Shown here piece after piece: positions 1 through 11,772 of a stretch of DNA of 64,000 bases. This DNA comes from Fimbriosthenelais zetlandica (Eukaryota). Each line of letters begins with the position of its first letter. Positions within the stretch are counted from its first letter, which is position 1. The translations under genes were made by a program, and so were the position numbers. Where the stretch lies: contig OZ365109.1 of NCBI GenBank assembly GCA_977030845.1, positions 24,056,001 through 24,120,000 of the forward strand, written 5' to 3'. Below the pieces are notes generated by a model. That model had not been told where the DNA came from. It searched no databases and saw nothing but the letters and a program-made list of their open reading frames with translations.

Positions 1-116
1 TTGATACATGGGGTTGGGTGAGGAAGACAGCGAGACGGGCAGAGACAAGAGAAAGGGAATGGGAGAGGGGGAGAAGAGGGACCGAAAGGTAGGGGGACGT
101 ACAGATATATAATATG

Positions 117-153
<37 letters not shown>

Positions 154-500
154 TGGAAGGGAGGGGATGAGGATCAGGAAAAGAGGGGATGGAGAGGGAG
201 ATGAAGTCACGGAGAGGTCGGAAGAGAGAGTTGGTAGGAAGAGGAAGGGCGAAGAAGTGAGGAAGAAAGGAGAGAAAGGGAAGGACAGATGGAAGAGACA
301 GGAGAGAAGGGGGAAGAGGGCAGGGGAGGGGAGAAGAGGTGAGGAAGAGGGGGAGACTATTAGTGAAACAGGCCGTGCGAAACCTACCGAGAAGGCAGCT
401 GTAATTAAGGGTGGCTGGTGGAGGAGGGAGATAATGCATCAGGATGAAATCTCTCCATCGAGCGTGGGATATGAAGCACTTTATTGGGACTGAGAGGGTC
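1..500 (+). repeat. Purine-rich low-complexity tract including a (GA)~14 microsatellite at 122-150
   Basis: The + strand is almost all A/G, with a perfect GA run at 122-150. The R/G/E/K-rich ORF 167..493 is a by-product of this composition. Confidence 0.9.
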
Positions 501-1820
501 TCTGGGTGATGGACATGCCTGACACGATGGGATGTAGACTAGCCATAGTCACAGTGGGAAACATTGAAAGAGAGGAGAGGGAAAGCAGAAGTGTGAGACG
601 AAGAAGAATAATGGGAGAGAAGGACATGATAGGAGGACAGCGAGAGACACTGATAATTAAGTGACTGATAGGCCAATAAGAACATGTAATATTTAAAAAT
701 GATAAAATATACCAAGAATTCCAACATTATGGGGCAAGTCTAGGTAGGTGGAATGATGACCTACAGATAAAATCCTGCCAATGCGACACAAATGATACTG
801 TGATAGGGTGATAGCAGTGGTAGGAAGGGTATCATTATTGTCAGAGGTCTCCAGTGGAATATAATTTTAAATTGCAGTAATCCCACCGAGATACAGAAAG
901 GAGTATTTCCCCTCTGGGCATATACTATAGTATACTTACTAATGTAGGTCAGAACCGTACTCAGCATTCCATCCAAATTGATTTATATTTCTTCGAAAAT
1001 ATTCAGTACCCAGTACACAATAACTTATTGTATAATAATTTCATTTATTCACATCCTTGGCCTTTAAAAGTGAATTAATTTTTAATTATTAGAAAATAAT
1101 TATAATTCAAATAAACTCATTGTTTATGTTATTAAATCTGTTAATTTGACTAGGCCTATATATAATTTGTCAATATCAATTTGAATTAAATTAAATTAGA
1201 ATCATACATTCATGTAATACTCTTCCTTTGGCCAACCTTCCAAGTTATTTGTATCATTAGTATTTAATGCAGTAAATAAACAAATAAATCCCCATATGTT
1301 TGGGATGAATCATTGATACTTAACCTCATTTTCCCTGACTCCTTACTCATGAATTATCCCCATTGTTCAACCATCTCCCCATGTCCACCCTTTAATAGCC
1401 CGAACAAATAATTTACTTACAAGACAGTGCCCTCCTACTGAGTCTAAATATCCCTTTCAAAAGGAGCCGCCTGCACCGCCTCATAAACAGCTACAGGGGG
1501 AGGCCAAAAAACAAGCCATCCCTAGAAATATGTCAGCTAGCCCTCCCCCAAAAGCTCCATCATCAAAGTCCCATCCTGTTCAAAGTGTCATAAACTTGAA
1601 TTAAACAACTGTCCTAGTTAAACGAGCCCGATAGACAAAGCAATAAAAACAGAGAAAAGCCCCGTGGCTATTCTATAAATAGTTCGCGGATGGTACTACT
1701 TTCACTGACATGTTTTCAACATGTTTAGATATGTGACGTTCAGTCTGACATTGCCCTTTACTTTGGTCCTTCTGAGCTCATTTCTGAGGCCAATAATTAT
1801 AGCTCACCAAACCAGAGACT

Positions 1821-1836
1821 ATGAAACGGGCCCCTG
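1821..1836. mobile_element. Solo terminal inverted repeat of the CAGGGGCCTGTTTCA MITE family
   Basis: ATGAAACGGGCCCCTG is the reverse complement of CAGGGGCCCGTTTCAT, a one-base variant of the family terminus. I see no partner end. Confidence 0.55.
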
Positions 1837-1969
1837 CAAGCTCCTGCATGGCATGCCCCACTAGGCCATTTCCCAAGGCATGTTGGGAGCCAGCATACCA
1901 GCGGTGTGGCAGATAAGCTTGCCAGACTTGGGTGCAGGCTCGTTCAACTATTTTCCCCGATGCTGATCA

Positions 1970-2050
1970 AAATTCCAAGATGGCCGCCGACAGGCCCGCC
2001 TTGCTCGCCCAACTGTGTGTTTGAACAATATGGCCGAATCACACTGTGAA
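1970..2050. promoter_or_regulatory. CpG-rich promoter/enhancer-like island with a YY1-type motif
   Basis: CAAGATGGCCGCC at 1976-1988 matches the YY1 consensus. Local GC and CpG content is raised. Confidence 0.35.
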
Positions 2051-2266
2051 CGCTGCAGTGACGGCTGCAGTGCTTGTACTGGAGTATGTTGGAATAGCGC
2101 CGATAGTTTACCTTTCAGTTGAACGAGGTTCTGAGCCAAACATAATACTGCTACCGGTGCTTTTCCGTGGATGCCCCTGACTTTTTATGCAGACCCGCGA
2201 GTATGAAAACATGTCTGCAGCTTAAAAGCAATATATCTCACGGTTTGCAAGACAGGAGGGTTTCCA

Positions 2267-2338
2267 TGGGGCCTGTTTCAAAAGGAACACTAGCATTGCC
2301 AAGTGTACATGGCTAATATGTGTTTTGATACGGACTTC
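2267..2338 (+). mobile_element. MITE family copy (degenerate right end)
   Basis: Starts GGGGCCTGTTTCAAAAGGAACACTAGCATTGC, has internal ATGGCTAATAT and ends TTTTGATACGGACTTC. It aligns with the copies at 15458 and 22891. Confidence 0.7.
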
Positions 2339-2846
2339 ATGGCCTGTTTCAATAGAAAGGCGAACTTAACTATAGCTAAGTGAGAGTTATATATAATACG
2401 ATTGATTTATTTCGACCTGAAATTTATTGGAAAAGGGCAGAGTATCATTATTTGGAAACCCCCTAGGCTATACGTAGCCTTATGAACATAAGAAATGTAC
2501 AATGTTATATAATATATAGATCACATAGGTAGGCCTATAAGGGAATGTTGTGAGATAAATAAAATACCAGAAAACTTCACCGCAAAGTCTAGTGTTCGTC
2601 AATTTATTTGGAAATATCAATGACAGTAAAAGTCAATTGATTGTGGGTCTTTTCGGATCAGCTTGCATGAAGTCACGAATCTGCCTGCCATGGTGGCGCG
2701 GTGCATGGACCTGTTACATGTGTATCACGAGTGGGCAGCTTGGGAGATAAGAATACATCATCAGGCTGTATATAACGCTTAATGAACAGGCTGTGTTTAT
2801 CAATACTGTCATACCAATACAGCTAGCATGCTTCCTTCGAGAGAGT

Positions 2847-2891
2847 GGAGACATGCTGAGAGCGGGGACATGCTGTAGCGGGGACATGCTG
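2847..2891 (+). repeat. Short tandem repeat, three copies of a GACATGCTG-containing unit of about 16 bp
   Basis: GGAGACATGCTG / AGAGCGGGGACATGCTG / TAGCGGGGACATGCTG. Confidence 0.85.
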
Positions 2892-3454
2892 TCACATCTT
2901 TGGCAAGAACTGCAGGAAATAATTCCTTACTACAAATAGGTATTGCGAAATTTCGAGAGAAAAATTACCAAACTGTAACCATTAAGAAATTATGCACCCA
3001 GATACATTAATAAGAGCTCATGGTCCGCCCCAAATATAGGTCTGAAAATGTTTTGATGGTTTAATAACGAACAGTAGACACGTATACTTAGTTGAATTAT
3101 ATCGATTTGTTGGGCGTTCTAAAGACGTTTTATATCAATACTTAAAGACAAATATTTGTTCATGGCATGTGCACGTACTGGATGCATAATAATATTGTTT
3201 CTATTATGGTCACCTAATTTCTCTTTATGCTGATCCAGGAGGGATCCGTCCATTCACAGTTACCCACACTGACAAATCTTGTTTCATTTCCTACCATGAG
3301 AAAGTGACTGATTCTAGTTTCATTTCTATGGTCAAATCCAATATTCCCGGACAGAACAAACATCGGGGAATGAAATGAAAGAACCCGAGGAGGGATATCT
3401 CGCATTTCATGAGTCAATCTCGCTCCTGAACGAGATTCTAAATGGCTTTCCATT

Positions 3455-3565
3455 CCCTGGCTTCCGGTCGCAAACATCCGGTAACAGTTTCCAACACTCT
3501 CGCGGCACGTGCTTGTTCGCGGGATTGGTCGAGAACAAGTGTTTGTTCGTCATTTCCGGTATGTT
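3455..3565 (+). promoter_or_regulatory. Promoter-like island with Ets-type sites and an E-box, followed by a possible splice donor
   Basis: CTTCCGG at 3461, CACGTG at about 3506, TTTCCGG at about 3553, and CCG|GTATGT with GT at 3559. Confidence 0.3.
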
Positions 3566-6337
3566 TCACTGACCTGAGATGGAGGCAATGCAGAAGTACA
3601 CTGTACTATACATGATATCAATTGCTTTCTAAAACGACTTTGCCGATAGCTGCCAAATCACAGAATTCTGCACCATGTAGAGATCAAGGTAATGAAAAAA
3701 AGAACTCAAAAGAAGAAATATGGGGAGAAACCAATTGTGGGTCACATATTTATATATATGGGCGTTCATGGTACAATTTGTGAATTCGAAAAGTTACCTA
3801 ATAATCCAGTTGGATTTCAGATTACTCGCAATAATGAGCACCATGCACTATCATCTCCTTCAAACCGAATCAATAATATTAATTATCTGGCCTCGGCATG
3901 CAATCAAGCTATTGGATTGCAAGCAGACATGACAGGTAAGGTGAAATATTGGCTTGCCGCGTGATTTCTCCATGCTGGACTTAATTCAAGAGGCTCAAAC
4001 CAAGCCTCCCGTACCTTATCCATGGGTACTTCTCTGTGCATATTTAAACGTAGAATTAGTGGATTTATTGGTTTGGAGGTTTTGATTTTATTTACAGAAG
4101 GCATTTGTCCCTGTTCTAAGAGATACACAAAGGTGTAGTTGTTTTAAGTCAAGTAAATATGCACATAGAGATATGGATCTCCACATTATATAGGTTTGAG
4201 AACAACCTGGGATCATTTCATAAAACAAGATACAGCAAGTAGTTAATTTTGTAAGGGGGCCAGGAAAAACTCGTACAAAAAGTAATGCAACACACATCCC
4301 ATGAGAATTTCGCAATTTCCCATAAGTCGGCATAATAATGTAATGTAAACTCTATTTTGTTGGATCGGGGGGAATTTGAGTTGGATTCATGGCAATCAGG
4401 TAAACTACTCTGATTCTTCTTGCATAATAATGTAAAATTGTCACAATGTGATTGGGCAAACCATTTATTATTGATTTTTTTAAATGACTTTAATTGAATT
4501 CCATACATGTCAAAACGAAGGACCTGTTTTATTGCATATCCAGACGGTGAGACTCAATGCATTAATTAGCCATACCTTCAGGGAATAAGCAATATCACTA
4601 TTATTATCGCCCATAGGATGACACTCCAACTAATTAAGTAGTTCAACTGATCACGTATAGTATATATGTGTAGGAGTTTTAAGATAAGAAATTGCCAGTT
4701 TATCACGTGTCAGTTCTATGTTGACCGATCTCTGCTCACTATCTCAACTCAAATGCAGCTGTTTCCTCTCAAACCACGTGGTGTTCCATGGGGCTTACAT
4801 TGATCGGATAACGGGCTGTGCACAACAAATGTCATTATTGACGTGTCTCGTCCGCTAATATTTAAATGAGGGCTTAGCGGCTATAGACTGTCGGCGTGTA
4901 TAGGGAATAGATGGATGGATGGATAGAGGGGCAGACCCTGCACACTCTCTCCTCGGTCAATGGTCACATCCACAGATGGTATATCTGCGCTTGAGGGCCT
5001 GACCAGGGTGCCCTCTCTTGCACACAGCACTCAAGCTGCTGACCTATTTTAAGTCGTTCCTCTGACATATGCCATTACTTAGGTTGTAAACGTATGTTCT
5101 CAGTATAGCCACGAGTATATTTGATGCACCACTTTTAGGTGTTTTGCAGTATGCGCGTTTACAATCTTAATTCTACCATGCACTTCCCCATCTAAGCCAT
5201 GGAAACAGAAATCCATGATTGTAAATCTGAGCATTATTACCCAAATTATACTTATACATTATTTTGGTTGTTTTATAAAATGTATTGTGCAGAATATAGG
5301 TCAGTTGACACAGTGGATGATAGTCCATGGTTCGAATATGATCCAATTGAATTGATAAGTTTCCAGATGAATTGCAAGGTCATAAATTTGCAGTTATATG
5401 GAAGGTGCTCATCTATATAACATGTGAAATATGGGATTAATTCTTTGCAAAGGTCAACTGACTGTCACTCACCAATAACGCCTGGAAGGATGGGATGATG
5501 GATGTAATTTATGCACATATTTAACACCTACCAGCTGACGTGTAATTAGAATTCTGGCCCTATTTATCATTCATTCCATCAATGAAGGCCGATTATATGT
5601 GTATGCATCTCATTTCCCCCCACATCACCTCACGGTTCCAGACATTATTTCTCTGCATATACCAATGCCCTGTGGTCAAGTTGTGTTCATCCATTGTTGT
5701 ACCTCTGTGTTTGATGTCCCTATGCTATTGGCTGGACTTGGAGGGGTCAGATGTCAATGTGCCTGACCTGACCTCTGGGTGGTGGGTCACGTGCTGTATT
5801 GTGTATGGTTGTTGGGTGTGGGAAGCCTGGGTTCCAGTCAGAGGAACTTCATGGGGCGTCGATTTCGTCCATTGGACGATGGAGTATCTATCCACCGTCC
5901 ATGATAAGCATGCCAGTGGGCTCCTGGACAAGTCACACATTTATGTGAGTCACCAGGAGTGGGGGATGGAGTGGGGTGTCTGGGGGAGGTGGAGACTGAC
6001 CCCATATCTCATCCCTCCAGAAAAGTCTCCTTACAACTACAAGTGACCTTCATACATTTCCGTGACACCATAATTCACCCTCGTTTTATCATGTCTAAGG
6101 GTCGTAACACTATCATGTATAATGTATACGTTAGATCCCATATATGTATAGGCTCGTATATTTACATATCTGTACCTATATTTATAGAAGGTTGACACCA
6201 CTTCATATGACGGGACTTTGCACAGGGGCGAGACGGTGAGAAACCAGGCTCGGTACCGGTGCAAAGGTCAAGTTGATCCTAAACAATGGAGGTCATAAAA
6301 ACTTCAAAACTGGAGAGATCAGCGTGGCCAACGACCG

Positions 6338-6395
6338 GGCGTCAAGAGGTCTGAGTCGATCTCGCGAGGACGTCACGCGAGACCTCGTCAGACGA
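6338..6395 (+). promoter_or_regulatory. BMP/Smad-responsive element cluster
   Basis: GGCGTC-AAGAG-GTCTG at 6338-6353 is a perfect GRCGNC-N5-GTCTG. GACGTC-ACGCG-AGAC at 6369-6383 has the same spacing with the SBE inverted. A further CAGAC follows at about 6389. Confidence 0.45.
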
Positions 6396-8999
6396 GAACA
6401 ATGACATGGCAAATGAAAAAACGGTGTCCTACAACTCCACTGGGCTGTCCCTTCTGAGTACACGGTGGCACATGATGTCATGTGTCACATATCAATATGG
6501 ACAATGAATATGAACTGTCCGGAGGGGGTTTGGTGTCCGGTTAATTAGATAAAGTGATATTGAGATGATCCAAACAAATATCATACTCATGTGATATTAT
6601 TTAGGGGATATTGTTTCAGATGAAGTTTATGTTTTGTTATCCAATACCCTTCCTTAATTATGTGCTTCGTGGAGAGTAAATTCATACATTACTTGTTCTG
6701 TCACTTCAACTTTTCAAAAATCTAAATATACACACTTGCATATTAGAAATGAATCATAATATGAGGCGTGGGATGATTAATGGATGTCCCATCCTACTTA
6801 TAGACATTGCAGAGGAACTGTTCAATGGTTCAGTTCAGTAGGTCGTCTGGAGCAATTTTTCTCGAGATATTCATTCAATTTCAAGGTCCGAACGTCTTGA
6901 GCTCAATCTTCCCTTGTTCAAAGAACTTATCGGCATTTAACCACAGACTGTTATCGTGCAAAGGAGCGAGGTCACATTGCAAATGATTGAAGCTTTTTCA
7001 AAATTCTTATCTGTAAGACAGATTTTCAGCAAGAGTACTCAATGTCAAGCAAAGCAGTTGATAGATGGATTATTTCTCCTCGAAGTACCTCCTCGAATTC
7101 ACTTCCTCGGGGCAAGTATAGTTCAACAGATAAAGTAATATCACAGGACTAACACAAGTGGAAAACACATACTTGGCCTATTATGCGACTAAATATGACA
7201 ACACAAAAATTGTTTGAAAAGTATATAGCGATCAATGTCAACAAAATTAATAGAAACAGTAATTCGAAAGTAGTTTCGAAACACGCACACTTAAAAAACT
7301 GTTTGGTCATAGCCAGCTTGGCGTCGGGTTCAATAACGGGGCAACCATTGGAATACAAGGGGATTTTTTTAAACGAATAGTTTTGTGGATAAAATACATA
7401 AATTGACGCAATAGACGGTGGTAAATAAATATTTTATCCTCATATAACAGGTGAAGAGAATAATAAAGAAAGTGATAAAGAGAAGACTGGTAGGAAATCA
7501 ATATTTCGAGCCCGTCTTGCCACGAAATAAATAAAGTTTTCCATCGGTATTTTGAAATAAAAAAGAATTGCAATTTGGCTAGACAAAAAGTCCAGCCCCC
7601 TTCCTGGATTCCGAAACCAAATTGTGTGCATTGACCAAGGAAGACATTCCCAGATTAAAGGAACTGTTAGAAAATAAAACGTGGGGACTTTACTCACGGA
7701 AATTATATTCATGAATATTTAATATTAAATATATTATGTTGGCCCTTACTTCTGAGCCATTCATTTCTTTTCTTGGGAAAACCTGTGCTGTAGGATAATG
7801 ACAGGGGGACATATATAGGGTGAATTTTATTTTCCAAATGTCGCATTGTCTTGCTGTTATAATGAACAGTCTGCATTTTTAAATGTCCCCGCTTCAGAGA
7901 TACTCCGGCGCCGTAAGAAGAAATCAGATGATCCTCTTATTTTTTCAAGGCAGTTTCCTAAAAACAATGTAGATAGGCTAATAATATATATAAGTTAAGA
8001 GACGGAATTCTGAAAGCCTAAGACCATTGATTATACGTCGGCCTATTATAGTAGCCTACGGTATCCGTTGGGAAATTGAAATGAACATAAATTCCCGAAT
8101 AGTTTGGAACATTCGTGGGCTCATACTGGGCTATAGGCCTAAATATATATCCGACATGTATACTCAAAACTGCATAATATATATTTCCTCTTCATGGTAT
8201 AGGCCTAAGAGAAACAGCAGTTTGTGACGGTTTAAACGTTTTACCCTGAAGACCTATACCATCATTTTTGATCTGTGTTTTTTGCGCTATATCATTGTCG
8301 GCCCTTTCTTCCCATTTTAATATTTCTTTCCGTATACAGCTTTTCACATTTTCTTTATGAAGTTCATAGGCCTATTACTTTTAGGTCCTAGTCCACAATT
8401 TCAGATAGAAAAAAGGAGTAATAGGCTAATAATAAGTCCTTTATGGTGTCGCCTAACTGTAAGCCTAGGATATGCAGGGTTCATTCAAATTTATTAGTAT
8501 AGGACTATCAATACACCATGTGATTGTTGGCTTACTCACTATATGTTATGTCTATAGATCTATTTTAAGAGCAGACCTGTAGGCCCTATACCGAAAACAA
8601 AAGCTGCCATTATAGGCCTAATATTAGGCCTTTTACGCCTACATAGCCTATCTGTTCTTGAATGGACATGGTTTAAATTTATCGCATCTCGTGCCATTTT
8701 TCAAAGAATATTGGTTAATAGGCTACATGACCCTATTGCCTAGAATGCAGATAGAACGCTTCTTCTTTCCAGGGAGGCGAACCTGGGATTTGTGGTCTCC
8801 CACATACAAATGTTTATATCTGAGAGCCATCCATTCTGGGCAGAATCCAGCCCGATTCGTTTGCTATTCATGCTTAATTTACAGCATGTGACGTCGATCT
8901 AACTATACAATACGATGAATAAGAGCTTTATCTGTGTGAATTGGTTGCATTTAGCACTTCTTACTTCTGGATTAAGGCGCATTTCGGTGTATTTGGCGA

Positions 9000-9110
9000 A
9001 GAAGACATGGGCGATATTTGGGGAATACAGGGACCGCCATTGTTGATATGACTGCGGCGAGCGGCTGCTCCTGCTTCTGCGTGCTGGCGGCTCAGGGACT
9101 CCCCACTTGT
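9000..9110 (-). promoter_or_regulatory. CpG-rich island with a YY1-like motif on the minus strand
   Basis: CCGCCATT at 9034-9041 (reverse complement AATGGCGG) lies in a GC/CpG-rich patch flanked by AT-rich DNA. Confidence 0.25.
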
Positions 9111-9709
9111 CTTTCCAACTTTACAGAACGAAATCCCTCCATGTTTCCCCATTTCATACCTTTTTAACGGTTAGGACATGTAGAAGAAAGGATGTAGACA
9201 TGGTTTCCGACTCAGATTGAGACTTTCATCCAATAAAACGACGAGGACACGACTAAATTAGACATCTGACTGTGAAATTCCTATTTTAAACCTCGCATTT
9301 TGGCTATCATTCAGTCAACAATCTTTCATTAACTTCCATTAGCTTTTTAATGAAGGACTTCGGTTAGTTCATCGATGTATTTCAACCGATTATGTTCCAC
9401 ATAACTGATTAAAATGTAAGCAGAAGAACTAATTCTAACGACTACTGGCCGATTCGAAATCTTGAGGATTTATTCGTGCACACTCAATACAACATGCAAA
9501 ACCATGTAACTTTTGGCTTCTTTCATTCGATATGTAGCTTATAACGCAAATGGCAGTTTCGGTGCATCGTGGGCCAAGTGAGTATCATCCCCGAGTAGAA
9601 TATAGGCCTAGGCCTATATCTAATGTAAAGAAATAAAAACAACTGGGATTATACATGTAGGCCTATATGGGCCTATTTGAGAGCGGTCAGCGTTCAATCG
9701 ATCTTCTAA

Positions 9710-9777
9710 AGCCTGTTAAAAAAGATTATTAGCAATGCTAGCTTTATGGGTAACTTTCGTTTTAGAGCAGGCTCCTG
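9710..9777 (+). mobile_element. MITE family copy
   Basis: AGCCTGTTAAAA...ATTATTAGCAATGCTAGCTTTATGG...TTTTAGAGCAGGCTCCTG. It shares the internal TTAGCAATGCTA motif and both termini. Confidence 0.7.
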
Positions 9778-11604
9778 GAAGTTCGATTTCAATTTAGGCT
9801 TTATATTACGTCTACTGGGTCAACGATGAAAATAAAGGCTGTAGGTCCTTTATATGCAGGAGCCAATGAAGATACACTTAGAAAAGAATTATAAGAAAGA
9901 AGCAAAATTAAACTTTTGATTTCCATCCGAAGATTTTACCTCGCGGAAATCTTAAAGGGCATGCAGTTCTCGATAGTTTATGCCATAAAAAACGGATAAA
10001 AATTGAACTTTAGGTCGGCCTTCACATTGGCCTATATTGGCTTTACAACGTAGGCCTACCTGGGTGGAATGCCTAATTTCACCTTGGTAGACTCTTTTAA
10101 AAGGAAATTTAATTTTGTGGTGACTTGTGGAATTTTGTGGAAAGCATTTATGCATCTATGTACAAGTCCACTTGTACATGCATAAAACTTTTGAAGAAGT
10201 TAATAATTATTTGGGATATTTTCTAGTAAATTTATTGCTTAAAAAAAAGTGAATGCTCAAGGCAGGAAATCTTGATTCAGTCCACAGATTCCTTCTGTAG
10301 CTATATAGTTCAATTACCTTTTCGTCTAAAGGCAGAGACTTGATGAGAATCAATATCAGTAGTTAGTCAGCAAAAGTAATATTCTGCCCATTTCAAAATT
10401 TCGAGGTATCCGCTCTCAGGTTCGCATACACTCGAAAAGCACTATATATATGCGTAACTTGAAAAGGACCAAGATGAGACTTTTCTATGAGCAATATCCA
10501 CAATGTGGCGAGACTGAAGAGACTGAAGAGACAGACTCTTCGCTATGAAGATAGTTTTTCCGCTCAGTGTGGTCTCCCCGGTCATCCTCACCAAATCATG
10601 TGCCATTGGGTATTGTTCGGAGGCTCTCAATTAATGGGCCTCTCTCTCCATGTCCATATCATGTCTTTGCCCCCGACTTTCTTTTTTGGCAAACTCTTCC
10701 CCGCACTTTTCTTTCTCTCTCACTCCCTCTCCGCCTCCAAGCTCCCTATAGCTTAACAAATTCTATAGAGAAATTACTATTTTAATACATCTAAAAGGCT
10801 TACCTTGGTCATAAACTTCAACTCTTGTGAGATAATGTGCACTTTACAGTACAAAACAAAGATACACCATACATAACTGTATTATATACACACAGATCAT
10901 CGAAGAATTTGCATTTCTAATTTCCCTCTGGATAATTGTGTGGGAAAGTGGGTTATCTGAAAAATGTTGAGGTGCACCTTTGAGATAAGATAAACTTTAT
11001 GGGCATGCTCGGCTGAGTTTAGAGAGTGGCACTAATGTCTGTAACTGCTTTTCAAGATTTCAGCAAGCATTGCAGTTAATTGGCGGCGGCCCTTGTCTTT
11101 TTGACATGAACACCGAAAAGCCATTTGAGAGGTTGTCAGATGATATTCCCGAAGGGAGGGGATGTCATGCCTGGCTATGGCTATGATACAGCCCTCCAGC
11201 GGTTCACCTCATCACGATGTAGTGAAACATGAGCACTGAGTACACAGACAGTTGGGGCCAGGCCAGGTAGAGAGGATGAGAGTGGTGCTGTGTGGTGTGG
11301 TCTGATGGTCTGATGGTGGTTGGAGATGCTAGCACCAGTATATATATACACAGGCTGGGATGTCTGTCTATCGCCTAGATGTGTAACCAGGCCAGTGTAA
11401 ATAAAAGCATTTCCAGCCATTATTACCAATTCTCCCCCTCATCTTTTATTGCAATGCATATTTTTACTGAAGAGATTCGCATTAAAAAAATGTATGTAGA
11501 CTACTAAGATGGAGTATTCTTCAACTGCATTATAGTGGGGAAACGTCCAGTATAGCTTGTTTGTACATGTACCCCCAGGGTGGCTTTGCAACGAGGGAGA
11601 AATG

Positions 11605-11736
11605 CTCTCCAGCAAGAGAGAGAGAGAGAGAGAGAGTGGACAGAGAGGACAGGGAGAGAGTAGATAGAGGCAGACAGGAGAGAGAGAGAGAGTAGAGAGT
11701 GAGTAGAGTGGTAGGAAGGCACACAGAGAGAAAATG

Positions 11737-11771
<35 letters not shown>
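11605..11771 (+). repeat. GA-rich microsatellite tract
   Basis: Perfect (GA)n runs at about 11616-11635 and 11738-11771, joined by degenerate GA-rich sequence. Confidence 0.9.

Positions 11772-11772
<1 letters not shown>

Noticed and set aside
167-493. 108-aa ORF rich in R/G/E/K
   Set aside because: It is a translation of a purine-rich low-complexity tract, with no domain.
5582-6046. 154-aa ORF
   Set aside because: W/C/V-rich composition typical of GT-rich non-coding DNA, with no recognisable homology.
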